Positions 49,250 to 62,456 of a stretch of 64,000 bases of DNA are shown here, piece after piece (position 1 is the first letter of the stretch; each line of letters starts with the position of its first letter). This stretch comes from Thalia democratica. Lineage: Eukaryota. Under the pieces are notes generated by a model. The model did not search any database. It saw nothing but the letters and a program-made list of their open reading frames with translations, and was not told the origin of the DNA. Position numbers and translations under genes: made by a program. The stretch lies in the NCBI GenBank assembly GCA_965202585.1, contig OZ241832.1, positions 30,194,001 through 30,258,000 on the forward strand, in the 5' to 3' direction.

Positions 49250-50258
49250 TCACACACGAATAACAAAACAGAGCTTCCATAGGAGCTGGAGAAATTTTTT
49301 TGACCAAACACCTTCATCGACGTCATACACTGTTACGGGATACGCACATTCGTGGAACATGAATATCTTGCTTCCGATCGACAAAGCTTTGCTGTACCGA
49401 AGCTGCATGTAGGGCACTCTCAATGCAACGAACCTGCCGTCGTCTAAAACCTCGCACTGGTTCACTCTTCCTTTTAGTAGCAGTAGTTTTCACGATCGTC
49501 AGCAACTTTACCTATTTCTCCCCATTTGTTATTAGCAGGCGAATATTTGCTAACAGACTTTACCAAAGTGAACTCGGTGTCGTGCCCACCGAAAACATAA
49601 ACCTCAAATTGCACACAGGCCACTTTTGAGTCTCTTCGTTCTTCAACATGGAAAACAGAGATTTTGTTTTAAAACTGTTAGCATTAAGCTGCAAGACGCC
49701 CCGCAGAGCTGTCTCGTGTTCTAAACAGTATCCTCCTACGACTAATATGTTAGACGACTCTTGTGTACAATACCTCTTTGTATAATAAACACAAGACCTG
49801 CTCGGTAGCTTTGTACCTTTGTCCAGCAAAAATTCATTTATTACTGAAATGCAGTCGGCTGTTTTAGCTAAAGAACTAGATCCGTTTAAAATATTTCTCA
49901 ACGTGTTTTCTGATAGCAAATTAAGACGAACTTCTAGCAACAGTTGTTTCGCGAATTTACCACGTTGTTTGAGATCGTAGCTCAACCACTCATTTACAGC
50001 ATTAAACACTTCAAGTTCCGATTTAACGCGCAGTTCAGGAGACGAAAGTATTCTTTTCATTGAAGAGTAGTTTAGTTCTAAAAAGTTTTCTTTTTTAACT
50101 ACTACTGCGAAACAGCGCTCTATATAGCTGAGCGCTGTTTCGCGAAAAGTTGTTGGAAAAAGTTCGTAGGCAGCAGCAGCGTTATTAACATCCAGCCTCT
50201 TTTTAACAATTTTACATACTTTACTAATTTTGGTTTCATCTAAAGAAAGTTTTGTCAA
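49250..50258 (-). pseudogene. Intronless BACK-Kelch (KLHL-like) pseudogene; BTB domain absent
   Basis: BACK domain FLELNYSSMKRILSSPELRVKSELEVFNAVNEWL...VRLNLL. After a frameshift near 49650 the Kelch repeat EVYVFGGHD...SVSKYSPANNKW follows, then a stop and another frame with KIFMF...VTVYDVDEGVW. Confidence 0.85.
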
Positions 50259-51519
50259 CTTGATAGCTGTAATTGTCTAAGAGTCATCTAAAGCTAAAAA
50301 TACTGTTTGATTAATTAGTTTAATGTACTTTAAATTGAAAAAACATTGTCAAAAGGTATTGTTTTTAGTATTTAAGTGATAATGTTTTAAATAAAAAATT
50401 TTTTTTTTTTAGATTTAGATATAATTAAAAAGTTATACAACTATCCCATTGAAAAACAAGATTTTTTTGTTTTGCGATGGAACTTTAAGTGTACAGTTGA
50501 AAAAGTAAGATTTGTTTTATTTCAATATATTTTAGAGAATTCATAACTCAATTTTTATGCAAGATATTAATAACACAAACCTACCTTGTTTAGCAAGATC
50601 TTTATATATATTTCGTGTCTTCTTGCTAGAAGATTTCAATAATATTTTCTTGCACATGTTCACATAATCAAAACTTTTATAGTTATTACGAATTGCATTG
50701 AAACTGAGTTTATTCTTATGGTAGTTTTCTAGTTTCGTCTTTTTCCAACTAATTCTGTCAGGAAGAATTGCTTTTGGCGAGAACTTGTTTGAATTTCTTT
50801 CCATGAGTTAATTAAGCTGTAAAAAGTTTAAAAATAGTTTAGAGTTAAATTTATTCATGTTTGTAGCTTTTAGTAAAATAATGTATTAATAAGTGGGTAG
50901 GTACCAAAAAATGCACGAAGTGACATTTTTGCATGAAGAGTAGCTTTTGCACGAAGACACTTTTGCACGAGAAGTCACTTTTGCACGGGTTGAAATTTTT
51001 TTAAAATTTATTTTTCTTTTTTCTCACTATCACTGTTACCCTTACCCGGTAATTTTTTTTTCTATTTCTTATTATTACTATTTTTTTAATCACTGTTACC
51101 TCTATCCCTTACGCTTTGTCGATTTTTTAAATCTATTGTAAATATGTAAGGTATGAATGTTGGTAAAGTTGATTTATTGGTACTACTCACCATAACTAAA
51201 CCCTACCTTATTAAACAGCTATCATTATTATACTAGATGCTACTTTGTATAAGTTAGACAAGACATTTTGAACAATGTAGCTATTATAAAAATAAAACAA
51301 AACACTATACAAAATCTCTAGTTAAAAAATATAAAATAAAAAAAATTTTTAGTACAAAAAATAAAATATAAGTAATTTTATGTTAAGTATTTAAAAATTT
51401 GCCGCTTTTAAAGTTTATGTGTTTTGTAGGGCATATTTTTTATGAACATTACCTATTTGTGCATGAAACTTTGCGTATTTTTTGGTGAATCAGCTTTGAC
51501 AGTTGTATTATGAGTACAT

Positions 51520-51876
51520 CATGGTTGCCACTGACTTTTGGAAAATTTTCTTTAGGTTTTCAAAATTTCTTCCAGGTTTTTTAAAGTAGTTGTCTATTTA
51601 TAGCTTAAACTTAAGTTTTGAATAGTATAAAAATATTGAAAAGATACTGTAAAGCTACTTCAAATATGTTTTTTAATGAAATTATTTTTGATGATGACAA
51701 AATTTTTAATCTATATGGTAGATTTTTTGTGTCAAATTAAAATATATCTATTGGTTTTTAAGTGATTCTTGTTCTAAGTTCCAGATTTTTTATGTTTTTT
51801 CCAAAATTTCTCAAATTCCAGTTTTTTTTTGCCTATATTCTCAAATTCCAGGTTTTCAGGTAAAGTGGCAACCCCG
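51520..51876. mobile_element. 357-bp MITE, CAGGGTTGCCA-TIR family
   Basis: catggttgccac ... gtggcaaccccg; interior homologous to 52220-52575. Confidence 0.7.
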
Positions 51877-52219
51877 ATACATGTAAGTTAGTTTTATTTG
51901 TAAAAAAGTATGGTAAGACCATCAAACATGGTTTCATATTTTACAACATTTAAACTTGTCCTAAATGTAAATTCATTATAAAACTTATCTAAACAGCTAC
52001 AAACACAATTATAAGCTAACAATTACACTTTTTTTTGTAAAACCAATAAAAAAAAAAGTTTATGACTGATAAATGGATGTAAAGATATATTTCACTATCT
52101 AAACAGTATAAACCAGCCTAGTTTGGCTTGAGAATAGCCTGTTATAGTTTTTAAACTTCAAATAGCTTTTGTAGGTCTGAGCCTGAAATTTTATTGAAAT
52201 TGTTCTTTTATATCAAAAT

Positions 52220-52575
52220 CAAGGTTGCCAAATGTTTTTGGAAAATTTATTAAGGTTTTTAAAACTTCTTCCAAGTTTTTAAAATTAAACATTTCTGAGT
52301 CTTTTTTTAGTTTAAGGTAAAAAACTGTTTTAAGTAATAGTATAAAAACATTGAAAAGATACTATAAAGCTACTTTGAATGTGTCTTCTAATTGAAAAAA
52401 AAAAGTTTTACTATAACAAATTTTTATCTATACGGTAGATTTTTTGTGTCAATTCTAAGTTTTTCTACTTAAAATGTAAAAATTGTTTAAAATTCCAGGG
52501 TTTTTTTCAAAAATTCCACCTAATCCTTGGTTTTTTAGAATTAATTGTCAAATACCAGGTTTTTTGGCAACCCTG
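52220..52575. mobile_element. 356-bp MITE, CAGGGTTGCCA-TIR family
   Basis: caaggttgccaa ... ttggcaaccctg; same length and interior as 51520-51876. Confidence 0.7.
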
Positions 52576-53524
52576 TAATATATACATGAATAAATTATTA
52601 TTACATATCAAGTTATTTAAATATATATGTTTATTAAATTGAACTAATTAGGTGTTTTAAACTAAAATCAGACATACTTTTTGACTATCTTTTATATCAA
52701 CAATAACTCATTTTAGACAACAAATTTTTGATTCTACATTCACGAGACAAAAATTATAAATGTTTTACGGATAAAACAGTTTTGGTTCAATTTAGGTTAT
52801 CACCATATTTAATATCAAAACCGTTTTCATAGGTGAGTTTATAGTTTTATGTTCAATTTTACAAGATTTTCTACGGTTTGAAAATTCCTTGAGTGATTGG
52901 AAAACCTGTGGGTGTATCGCTAAAATATTCAAATTATTAAAACTTTCACTTGACTTTTAAACACTAATCCGTCTTAGTTGATTTTTCTGTTGAATTATTG
53001 GTTAACTACGTATGAAACTTAATAAATTATCAATAGAATTGTAACTTGATTTTCACTATTTAAGAAAGCCTAGACAAAAAAACTAATTTGTATTATTACC
53101 AAAGAGCAATTAGTAAGGTCAATTGAAAAATTATTATTAAAAATCACGTGTCTAAATCTTACGTGGTCTTTAAAAACATTATTTAGGAATAATCGTATCA
53201 ATTTATTTTTAAACAAATACTTATGTAAGTCATCTCTTTAAAGTTAATTAAACATAAATTAAGTAAATATTTTTCGTCTAATTTAAACATTTTAGAACAA
53301 TTAGTAACCTTTTCCCTATAACTTTAAAGTTTTTCTTGATCTTAAATAAATAATTGTCCCTGATACCTAAGCGAGTAAAATAAAACAACAATTCAGTGTT
53401 CTCATTTTTATAACGATTCACAAAATTGATACGAATAAAAAAATAAAAGTTAAAATTGTAAAACGTTCACATTAATTTGTTCAGTCGTCAACAACCTCGC
53501 TTAATGTTATTGGTGCATATCTGA

Positions 53525-53545
53525 TTGCTGGCACGTGATTGGTCG
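53525..53545. promoter_or_regulatory. Possible promoter module: E-box CACGTG abutting an inverted CCAAT
   Basis: gctggCACGTGATTGGtcg within a locally GC/CpG-richer patch (53470-53620); no linked gene was established. Confidence 0.25.
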
Positions 53546-54765
53546 AAGTTCCCATTGTTTAAACACTTCCTTTGCGTTCTGAAGTTTGTACACAGAAAAC
53601 TTGTGTGTTTGGACTGAAATGTGAATAACTTAATTATAATAAATTCCTTAAATTTGTAAGCATAAAGAATATGTACTTAAAAAGTAATTTATATTTTGGT
53701 AACATTTATATTTTTTAAGGCTTACTTCAAAATTTAAAGTATTTTTATATTATTAAAACAATATAGGTTTTGAGTTTTATATTGATTTTTGAGTTTTGTT
53801 AATATTTTGTCGATATTTGGTTTAAATTACAATATATAAAATAATTATAAATTCTATTATAAAAAATTTCAGTGAATTTGAAGTTTTTAGATAGTCCTTA
53901 GTTCTATTTGAATTATGATTTGGTTTATTAATTTAATTCGTTTAGTTCAAATTTTACCCAATTATACACTAATAGGATTGAATTGTTAATTTAAGTTTTT
54001 TTTAATTATAAACATGTTTTGCTTTAACGTATTAAATTGAAGGTATTTGTCGAACTTAAGTATTAATTAGACTAAATACACATACTAAAAAAGTTTATAA
54101 AAATTACAACCATATTAAATTAGTAATGTATTATAAATTTAATTCAAGTAGAAAATTTACCTGAAGAAATTCGAGTGTGGCAAAGAAACTGATGATGTAG
54201 CTTCTAAGCGGCTTTAAAATTAAAATGGGTTAGAAGAGCTTTATCCACATATCAGGTACTTTCCCTATGATGAGACTCACACATCAGGGTTTCCAACTCG
54301 CTGATCATACAACCTCTTATTGCCTTCCTCAAGTTGATCAGCGTCACTCGAATAACTCGCAGCAAACTGTTAGTTATTTTAATAATAAAAAAAAAGTTTC
54401 AATTTAAATAAAATATATCTAAATTAATATTTTGTAGAGATTAATTACAGGTTGTCGTATTTTAACTTACAAAAATTTTAAATTTAAAACAACAAACTTG
54501 TAATGAATTTAAATTTTAAACAATCTGTCACCCTGATAAATTCGACGTTTCAATCGTACTTCATTGGAGGTAAAACTTCCCCTTTTTTGGGTATTTGGCA
54601 AAATTTCTGTTCTTTTTGGTGTTTGGTGAAATTTATCTTGTGCTCATGGAAAACCTCGTACGAATAGAAATCGACTTTACCATTGAAACAAACACATTAA
54701 TATATACTTAACATAGTTGAACTGTCAGAAACAACTTCGTTTAAACTTACAAAGTAAAACATGGA

Positions 54766-54870
54766 ACTACAGATGGAGCAGCCGCAATGGTTGGAAAGCA
54801 CAGAGGACTAAATGCTTATATAATAAAATCTTCTGAGTGTCAGTTTCTTCATTGCATGTTCCTATAGTTT
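54766..54870 (+). pseudogene. hAT transposase fragment (second catalytic region)
   Basis: TTDGAAAMVGKHRGL followed shortly by QFLHC matches TTDGA.AM.G...GL...HC..H. Confidence 0.65.
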
Positions 54871-55779
54871 ACTTGAACTTAGTTACTTAAGAAAGAAATT
54901 CCTCAAAAGATTTATTGTATTAGAAAACACAATAAAATACTTAAATATTCAGAAAAAAAATGAAAGTGCAAATCACTTCAAAGATCAGAGTGTCTTGGTG
55001 GGTTTCACTATTTATTTTATATTTTTATAGATCTCAACATACTAAATACTTCACACCAAAGTTCAGGTAGGGATATTTGTCTTTCATTGGAAAACTAACT
55101 ACTATGAACGAAAAGTTAACTTATTAGATTGATAAAAGTTAAATCTTGAGATTTTCAAATGTCACCAGATCTTAGATACTTTCTGAAAACATGAAAGTGG
55201 GAAACAGAAAATACGGATCTAGAGAGTAATTTGAAGAGGTTGGTAATAAGTCATCTCAACTTTTTTTCGACAGTTTTCTTTATATTTCTCAAAAAGTCAT
55301 CCAGATGGTTGTAAAAATTTTTAGTGGATTGTGAATTCAGTTATCTACACAGATTATAAAGATTACAATCGAGGTGTAAACAGTGAAAATATACTTACAG
55401 GGATCAGTAATGATAGAGTTCAAGAAGCTAACTTTCATAATATCAAACAATCTTCTGGGTTTAAGTTGTACAAAATTCTCGATACAACCGACTTGTGACA
55501 ACAGCAGTTAATTAACTGGTCATGATGCCAACCACCTATCTTGCATAATAAGGTTTCTGAGCTCTAGTTGACATAAAATACAAAAAAAGATACAAGCAGC
55601 AGTTTAAATAAACAGTTGTATATGGTAAGATAATTATAGAACAATAGGTCTCTTGTAATTTTTGTTTCTACTATTACACTGAACAAATGTTGATGTCGAA
55701 TTTTTTTTCAATTATTATAAGCAAAATGATATACTTTACCTTATTTATAACTGAGTTGCAAATAAATGTTTATTAAATT

Positions 55780-58238
55780 TTGACCATATTTTCGAAGTCA
55801 AGGACCAGATTGATAAGTAACGCTGTGAAAAAAAGAAACACTTTTATTTTAGTGCACAAGTTTGCTGGAAGTAAACCGGATAAAAACTCCAAGTATAAAA
55901 AAAAAAGATCAGAGTTTGTAAACGCCTTAGGTAAATTATTAAAATCTACACAGCTTACCAAGGATTCGAACAAAATAGACGCAAGCATGGAAAAAAAGTT
56001 TTAAAAGAACTTTAGAAGTCATCTGCGAAGCAGAGAGGCATATGTACAGGAGCGATGACAGGCATTTAAACCATTTAGGAACATCCAAATTTGAGTTAAA
56101 TTATCAATCGAAATAGTTTATGAAAGTTTTAGTAATTATTCTACTTTAAATACACTGTAAAAATGTTTATATTCAATGGTCATCAATAGAATTAAAACAA
56201 ACTTTTTTGTTTTGAAAATTTAAAAAAAAAATTCATATATTAAAAGACTTAAAGTAAGTTTCTGGGTATTTCATTATTTCATAATTTGCCAGGAAGTAGG
56301 TCCCAATTCCAACATGAATTAAAATGTCTATTAATTAACTAAAACATAAGACATTTAGAAAAAAGATAACGTTATCAAAATTGTTTAAATACCATTTTGT
56401 ATCAACTCATTAATACTTAAAAATTAATTTAATTAATAATAACTAAACCAGGTGATATATGGGCCAGGGCAATCTGCTTATTCTATAATCTTAATTCAAG
56501 ATTCAGATGGAAATCACAATTTAAGTTTCCGTCTAACCCAAACCAACCTTTCGAGATAATTATCAGACAAATGTTATGTATAGAACCTAGCTCGAGCAAC
56601 TTTTTAAGAACATACGGGTAATTCTATTGGTGAATTTTATAAGTCATCATCCCTGCATCCGAGTTCCTGAAAAACTGAAATTTATTAAAAGCCATTTTGT
56701 GATAGTTTAGTTTTTTATTTTATTTATATTGATTACACTTGAATTTGGTTAATTGAATATTTAATATATTTATGTAATATTGTTTGCGTTTTTTACAAAT
56801 TTATTGTTTTGATAGTAATTTCGCTGATGAAAACTGATGAAATTTATTAGAAAAGATAGAATTAAAGTTATTTTATTTATTCAGATAAGTTTAAAAATAA
56901 GCCTGATGTTTACGCTGATAAAGTAAATATATATTTAGATTAAGTTACATGTATTGTTAGCTTTTCAACCTTGAACGGCTTCTGTTCTTTTAATGCAAGT
57001 GAACAATTATTTAATAAAATTCTTCAGCAGACACAAAGACGCCTGTTTGTCAAACTTAAGTATGTCTTTTAATGTCAATGAAACTATGAAGCTCAACAAA
57101 GTACACCAAAATTTGCAATTGAAAGCTCTGAGGGAGGAATATCAGATGGTTACTGATAGATTGAAATCGGATAATGCCCTTGAAGATGATAAGAAGTTCA
57201 AAACCAATCTGAAAATTATTATAGCTAAGAAACTTCTGAATAGTTAAGGTGAAGAAGCAGACTTAGCTTGCAGAGAGGTTACCTTAACCAAGAGTATATC
57301 GAATTTTAAAAGAAACATCAAAAGTATGTCAGAGGCTTTATAATTCTTTAGTAAAATTAACTTAGGTAACCTATTGTGTTTTAGATAAACTATTCTATAA
57401 AGAGTTATACATTATAGTCTGACTCTTGTATTTTGTATTTCAAGTAGTTTAAATTATTGGGTGTTTATAAACATATTAACTACTTGTTCAGTTTGACACC
57501 TTCCAGGTATTTTGTTAGTAAGTATATTTTTAAATAGTGTCGCAGTATTATTTGTGTGTTTTTATTTTGTATATAAATAGTACCATTTTCAACTTCCTGT
57601 CTGTTCTTATATTAATTAATTATGAGTAAAAATAACCTAAGCAATAATAACGAACCCCTTGTTGAGCTATCCCCCAAGCGCAAGCGGACTAGGGCCTCTG
57701 CACGTTCACAGCAGGTGCATGAGGAAAAAGGTATATTGACAATACGCTCTCTGGCGGTCAACCTGATCTCTCTGAACCTTTGGGCCATGAGGCACCAACA
57801 TCCACTGCTTACAAATAGTGTGTTTTCTGTAGGTAGCTACTCGATAGTCAGAAGTATTTAACTGCAAAGACAAAAAAAAAAAGTCCAGCACGAACAAGTG
57901 TAAATCAAAAAACGTTTTTCACACAGCAGATACAAAGCAAAGACGATATATCATATATTGGTACCACTCAGTGACCTTTCAAGAACAGATTATACGATCA
58001 TAGAACATTAAATGAAATATTGTATTTAGAGGATTACGAAGCTTACATGGAAGAAGGTCAGCAAGATCAGCTTGGATTAAACAGAGAAAACGATGCCAAG
58101 AATTTTTATTCTGATGAGTTTCAGAAAACCGTTAGGGATATGTCACAAAGAAAAGGTAATGAATTTGATAATATAATTAATCAAATTAAATTTCTTAGAA
58201 AAAAAATCATAGGTAAATCAAAAAATGGTCCATGGTAG
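55780..58238 (+). other. Several short coding-like patches (55780-56060, 56993-57340, 57622-57900, 58020-58238), possibly exons or relics of an unidentified gene
   Basis: Protein-like composition and raised GC between AT-rich spacers; no recognisable domain, and in-frame stops are present. Confidence 0.25.
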
Positions 58239-59929
58239 GTAGGCATATTGAGTTAATCACTTTTTAAAAATGAAGCCTAATTTATTTACAATACATTGCA
58301 TAATACATTTGAAACATTTAGTTGCTAAAAAGATAAGTTATCTTCTACACACCAGACTTGTCATAATTTGTTTTTAACTTAATTAAAGCTGTTTAAACGA
58401 GAGTGTTGTTAAGCATGCGTTGTAGTAAAAAAAAAAAGAAGTTTAAATAGTGAGAGAATAAGCTAAAGAAAAAGTTTGCAATGCATTTTAATGCAGTTCT
58501 CAACTATTTTTTTCCTTACGTTTAGGGGTTTAAAATGTTTAAATAACTTTTTGTGTATTAAAATGTTCTCTTTTGTTATTTGTGATTCCTTTTAATTGAT
58601 AAAAAATTTATTAATTTTAATAATAAAATGTACTTGAATATAATTGAAACATTGAAATTGAAATACTTTTTATGGATTGAAATTTTTTTTTTGTTGGAAA
58701 CTTTCAATATTTTCATTTTAAGATGCTTGCTTAAATTGAATTATAACTAATTTTCTTTTATTTAAAGTTTACCCAATTATAAATAATTTTATTCTAATAA
58801 GCGCGATTGTTAACAATTGTTGACCAACCTCAAACTAAATTTTATTATTATTATGAAGGATAAATTTAAAAGGTGCTTAAATTAGTTTATTTCTACAAAA
58901 CAGTTTTTTTAACAAGAATGTATAAGTGTTTTCAATTAAATTTAAGACATAAATTTTTACATTAAATAACTTTCATATCTATAAGCTTTTGAGATTTTAT
59001 TGATCAATGTTGAGTATTATAGGTTGCTTATGAAAGGAGAAAACTATAATTTTAGTTTTTCACTTATACCTATATATTTCTTTAATTTTCAAGCAATCTT
59101 TACCTGAAAAAACAAGTCTTAAAGGATTTTAAGAAACAATTATTAAAAACTTCTATCAATTTTTTTTATTAAATGAAAATTTTATTTAAAATCGTTTTTA
59201 ATCATACAATGATTAGTTAAAAAAAAAGGTAGGTCATAAGCTAATTTTTTTTTATTACCTTAGATATGTGGTAATTTCAAAATAAAATAGAAAGATAAAA
59301 ATTTATAACATATCTAATGAACTAATGTTATCATATTATATTTATAGAATAAAACACTTATCCTTCTTTTAAACTTAAAAACCAAAATGACAACTACATA
59401 ATTTAATTAATAAAAAAAAACCAAATATTTAAAAAAAATTTTTGGTGTTATAAGTATATTTGAAAACAATCATAAACTTTGAGTATAAAAAAGAAGTAGA
59501 TTCAAGTTACTATAAAAATAATTTTGTTTTCAAAACCAACAATAGGAAATATATATGATTTCAAGCAAAATACAATCAATTTTTTAATAAAAAGACAAAA
59601 CAGCAAAACAAGTTCTGAACTTTATTTAATTTACTAAAATAGAACCATAACTTTACATTAGACTTAAACTACACAACACCATTCATTTAAAGTATTTTCT
59701 AAAATTGAAGTGTTTTGTTCAATTCTTAAGTAAAGATTAATTTACCATTTTTTATTTATCTACAAAAAACTCATAAATGTGAAATTTACATGGTTGTTTT
59801 GATTCATTATCTCCTTCTTATTTTATTAATTGTTTGATTTTGTATCCAAGCAAATGTCATTCATTATTTTTTAAAATAGAGTATTCCCCTACGAGAGATA
59901 TTCATATACTGTAAAAAATGAATTGTAAA

Positions 59930-60470
59930 ATGTTCATTTGACAAGTCTGCTACACACCCCATTGAATTTGGAGATTAAAGCTGTGAACAAAGTAAAAAGG
60001 CATGGTTTGCAGACTCGTTTGTTTAAAGAGCTTTGTATGTCAATGAGGAGGAGTTTGACAACTTAATTTTACACACTGAAGTCCGATGGTTATCATAAGG
60101 AAACTGCTGGGATAGGTTCTTAGCAGTTTTTGATACAATAATTGATATTTTTTCCACAAAAAAAGTGAATTAGCAAATAAACTACAAAAAAGAAAAAATG
60201 AAATTACATTCTTGTCTAAACTATATGGAAAATTTAATGTTCTGAACAAACTTCTACAAGGAAAAAAACTAAATCTCGTTAAGGTAAAGGCTAGTTTAAT
60301 TAGCTTTACAAACAAACTGGAACTGCTTGTAGGAAATTTGAAAAAAGATATATATTCTACCAGTTTTCAAACTTAGAAAACTTAAAGCATAAGTAAAGTA
60401 AAAATTAAGCAAAAATTTTTTCATTCCACTTGAAAGAGCTTAAAATTGATATGGATAAAAGATTTAAAAA
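59930..60470 (+). pseudogene. Degenerate hAT (Buster/Charlie) transposase
   Basis: TRLFKELC...NLILHTEVRWLS*G (the RLF..LC and LLHTEVRWLSRG hallmarks), followed by YLxxxxxKFNxLNxxLQG-like sequence; multiple stops. Confidence 0.8.
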
Positions 60471-61232
60471 TTTATTTCAAAACTTACATATGTTTTACTA
60501 AAAACGCACAAAAAAATTATCCAATAAAACCAGTATTATCAGCTATCAACACTCCAGAGTACAATCTAGCTAAATGCTTAGAAAAACAAATATTAAGTTG
60601 TTTGTATGACAAATAGTGTTTCATCATCAAATGAATTTGTTAACAAAATATCCAAGCTAAATATTAAAATAGACATACTTAACATAACATTTAGTACATG
60701 TTAACTTTATTGTTAATTTTCAAGTATTTTTTCTTATTGATTATTATGTCGCTTTATAAAAATGCCACTTGATAGTAGAAAATTATTAAAATATATTAAT
60801 ATGTGTGTTTTAAAACTGAGAGCACTGATTTTACTTATCTCAATTAGGCCATGCAACTGTATAGGAGATATATAGTTGATAGCAAACTAAAAATGAAAAC
60901 TATTCTACTGGGAATGAAACAAACGGGTACTCAATTAAATTTAGTATACTGAAAAGTAGATACAATATACTTAATTAATTACAGTCAAAACAGTCAAAGG
61001 TTTGTACGAAGAAAGAGAAAACTCAAGTACTCAGAAGTGCTTCACTAAAGTGAAGGAATATCCAAAAGTTCATTTATAATGTCAACTGTTCTAAGCTAAA
61101 GTTTCCAAATCACTATGTAAAAAAAAGGCTTACTACTCATTTTTTTACTACTAGTGACTTTTACTAGTACTTGATTTTATTTTATAAATAAAACCAGATT
61201 ATGAATAATGTTATCTCCCAGATGATTGATGA

Positions 61233-61844
61233 AAAACTATCCATCATAACCATCTCAAAGAGTGTCACATCACCCAGGACCTGGTCGCACAGAGGCACAA
61301 GGCGGTGATGGAGAAGCTTTGGGATAGATACGACCGAATCGAGAGAATGTATTGGAGAGGCGAGTCCGGAGAATACGGTGCCGACTTCTACCTGCAGGAC
61401 CCACAGAGGTTCCGAAAGACCGTGAGCCTTGCCATTATGGATTCCGGAGTGAACCTATGCAAGGTCAGAGACCGCTTCTACGGGAAAGAGGCGACGGTGT
61501 ACGCGCATTCCAACGGTGCGGAGGAAGTGGTCTTCCTAGTGATGGATGATCGAGGGGCCTGGGCGAGAGGCAGCCGGACCGATTTGAGAAGAATTGGTTT
61601 GGAGAAAACGGTTCTTGAAGCTCTGACAGTTGAGGTTTTGGCATGGACCGCCAAGACAGTTGCGTATTGGAATCGCAACTCGCGAACCCACAGGATACTG
61701 GCCGATAGTTTAAGTCTGAATGCAGAAACTGAAATAGAAGTGTTGATGGCAGCAATCACATGGTTGAATTCAGGTAATGGAAGAGAATTTTTCGAAGAAC
61801 TTTTTTTATATATTCGATTTTCCTTTTTGCACGGAAAACATTAG
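61233..61844 (+). CDS. GC-rich ORF (open from 61233, ATG 61308); tentative N-terminal part of a divergent CAF1/DEDD exonuclease-like protein
   Basis: TWLNSGNGREF has the spacing of the recalled CAF1 KWLSFHSGYDF (ExoII); AIMDSG could be a degenerate ExoI; the composition contrasts sharply with the flanks. Confidence 0.35.
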   Translation, partial: KTIHHNHLKECHITQDLVAQRHKAVMEKLWDRYDRIERMYWRGESGEYGADFYLQDPQRFRKTVSLAIMDSGVNLCKVRDRFYGKEATVYAHSNGAEEVVFLVMDDRGAWARGSRTDLRRIGLEKTVLEALTVEVLAWTAKTVAYWNRNSRTHRILADSLSLNAETEIEVLMAAITWLNSGNGREFFEELFLYIRFSFLHGKH

Positions 61845-62183
61845 AACATCTCAGTTAGAAAATTTGTTAAATGATCAGATGTTAAGGAAAGCTCTAGAAA
61901 ACAGTTTAAATTACACATGTTCAGTCAATGTGTTAAGATAAAAAGTATATTGAAATTTTCATTTTATTGAAAAACCAGCAGACAAGGCAATATCTTACAA
62001 GAAAGTTTTAAACGATGAAGAAGAATTTATAGTTCTTAGTTAATAGTTTTCAAGGAGTTCTGAATAAAAAATATTCTTAACGCCAACGATCAAAAATAAA
62101 ACAGTTCTTGAAAGGTAAAAGCAGAGTTGTAAAATTGTTTGGATTGGAGAGAAGCATGAAAATTCTTAAGTAATAATTGGTAG

Positions 62184-62456
62184 GATTTTTTTATAATGCA
62201 TACAAACTTCAACAGGTTTGTCAGAACGCATTTCAAGAACATTTTCGACTTGAAGTTTTTAGTGACTCGTCACTCCCATTTCGAAGGGGTGAAACACCGT
62301 GGGCTGATGACTATTATGAAGAATGTCGGTTTGGAAGTAAAGAAAGGCCATCACGGTGGAAGAGACGCTGAAATGGCGATGGATCTTTTTTTCTACTGTG
62401 CTAAGAATGTTCCAGACTATCGCAACTACGAGAACCAGCTTTGGAGTTTGTGCTAA
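62184..62456 (+). CDS. C-terminal half of a CAF1/PARN-family DEDDh 3'-5' exonuclease-like protein
   Basis: NFNRFVRTHFKNIFDLKFL aligns without gaps to the recalled CAF1 DFFEILRLFFPVIYDVKYL; then GL..I...VG.E...GHHGGRDA.M...FF matches GL...A..L..ER.G..HQAGSDSLLT...FF (ExoIII). Confidence 0.6.
   Translation, partial: DFFIMHTNFNRFVRTHFKNIFDLKFLVTRHSHFEGVKHRGLMTIMKNVGLEVKKGHHGGRDAEMAMDLFFYCAKNVPDYRNYENQLWSLC

Noticed and set aside
50905-50995. Short ttttgcacga(ag) tandem units and the overlapping 64-aa ORF
   Set aside because: A low-copy ~20-bp minisatellite at the end of a common dispersed repeat; the ORF is low-complexity.
61352-61759. Overlapping alternative-frame and antisense ORFs in the GC-rich island
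   Set aside because: Expected from stop-codon scarcity at higher GC; no independent protein signal.
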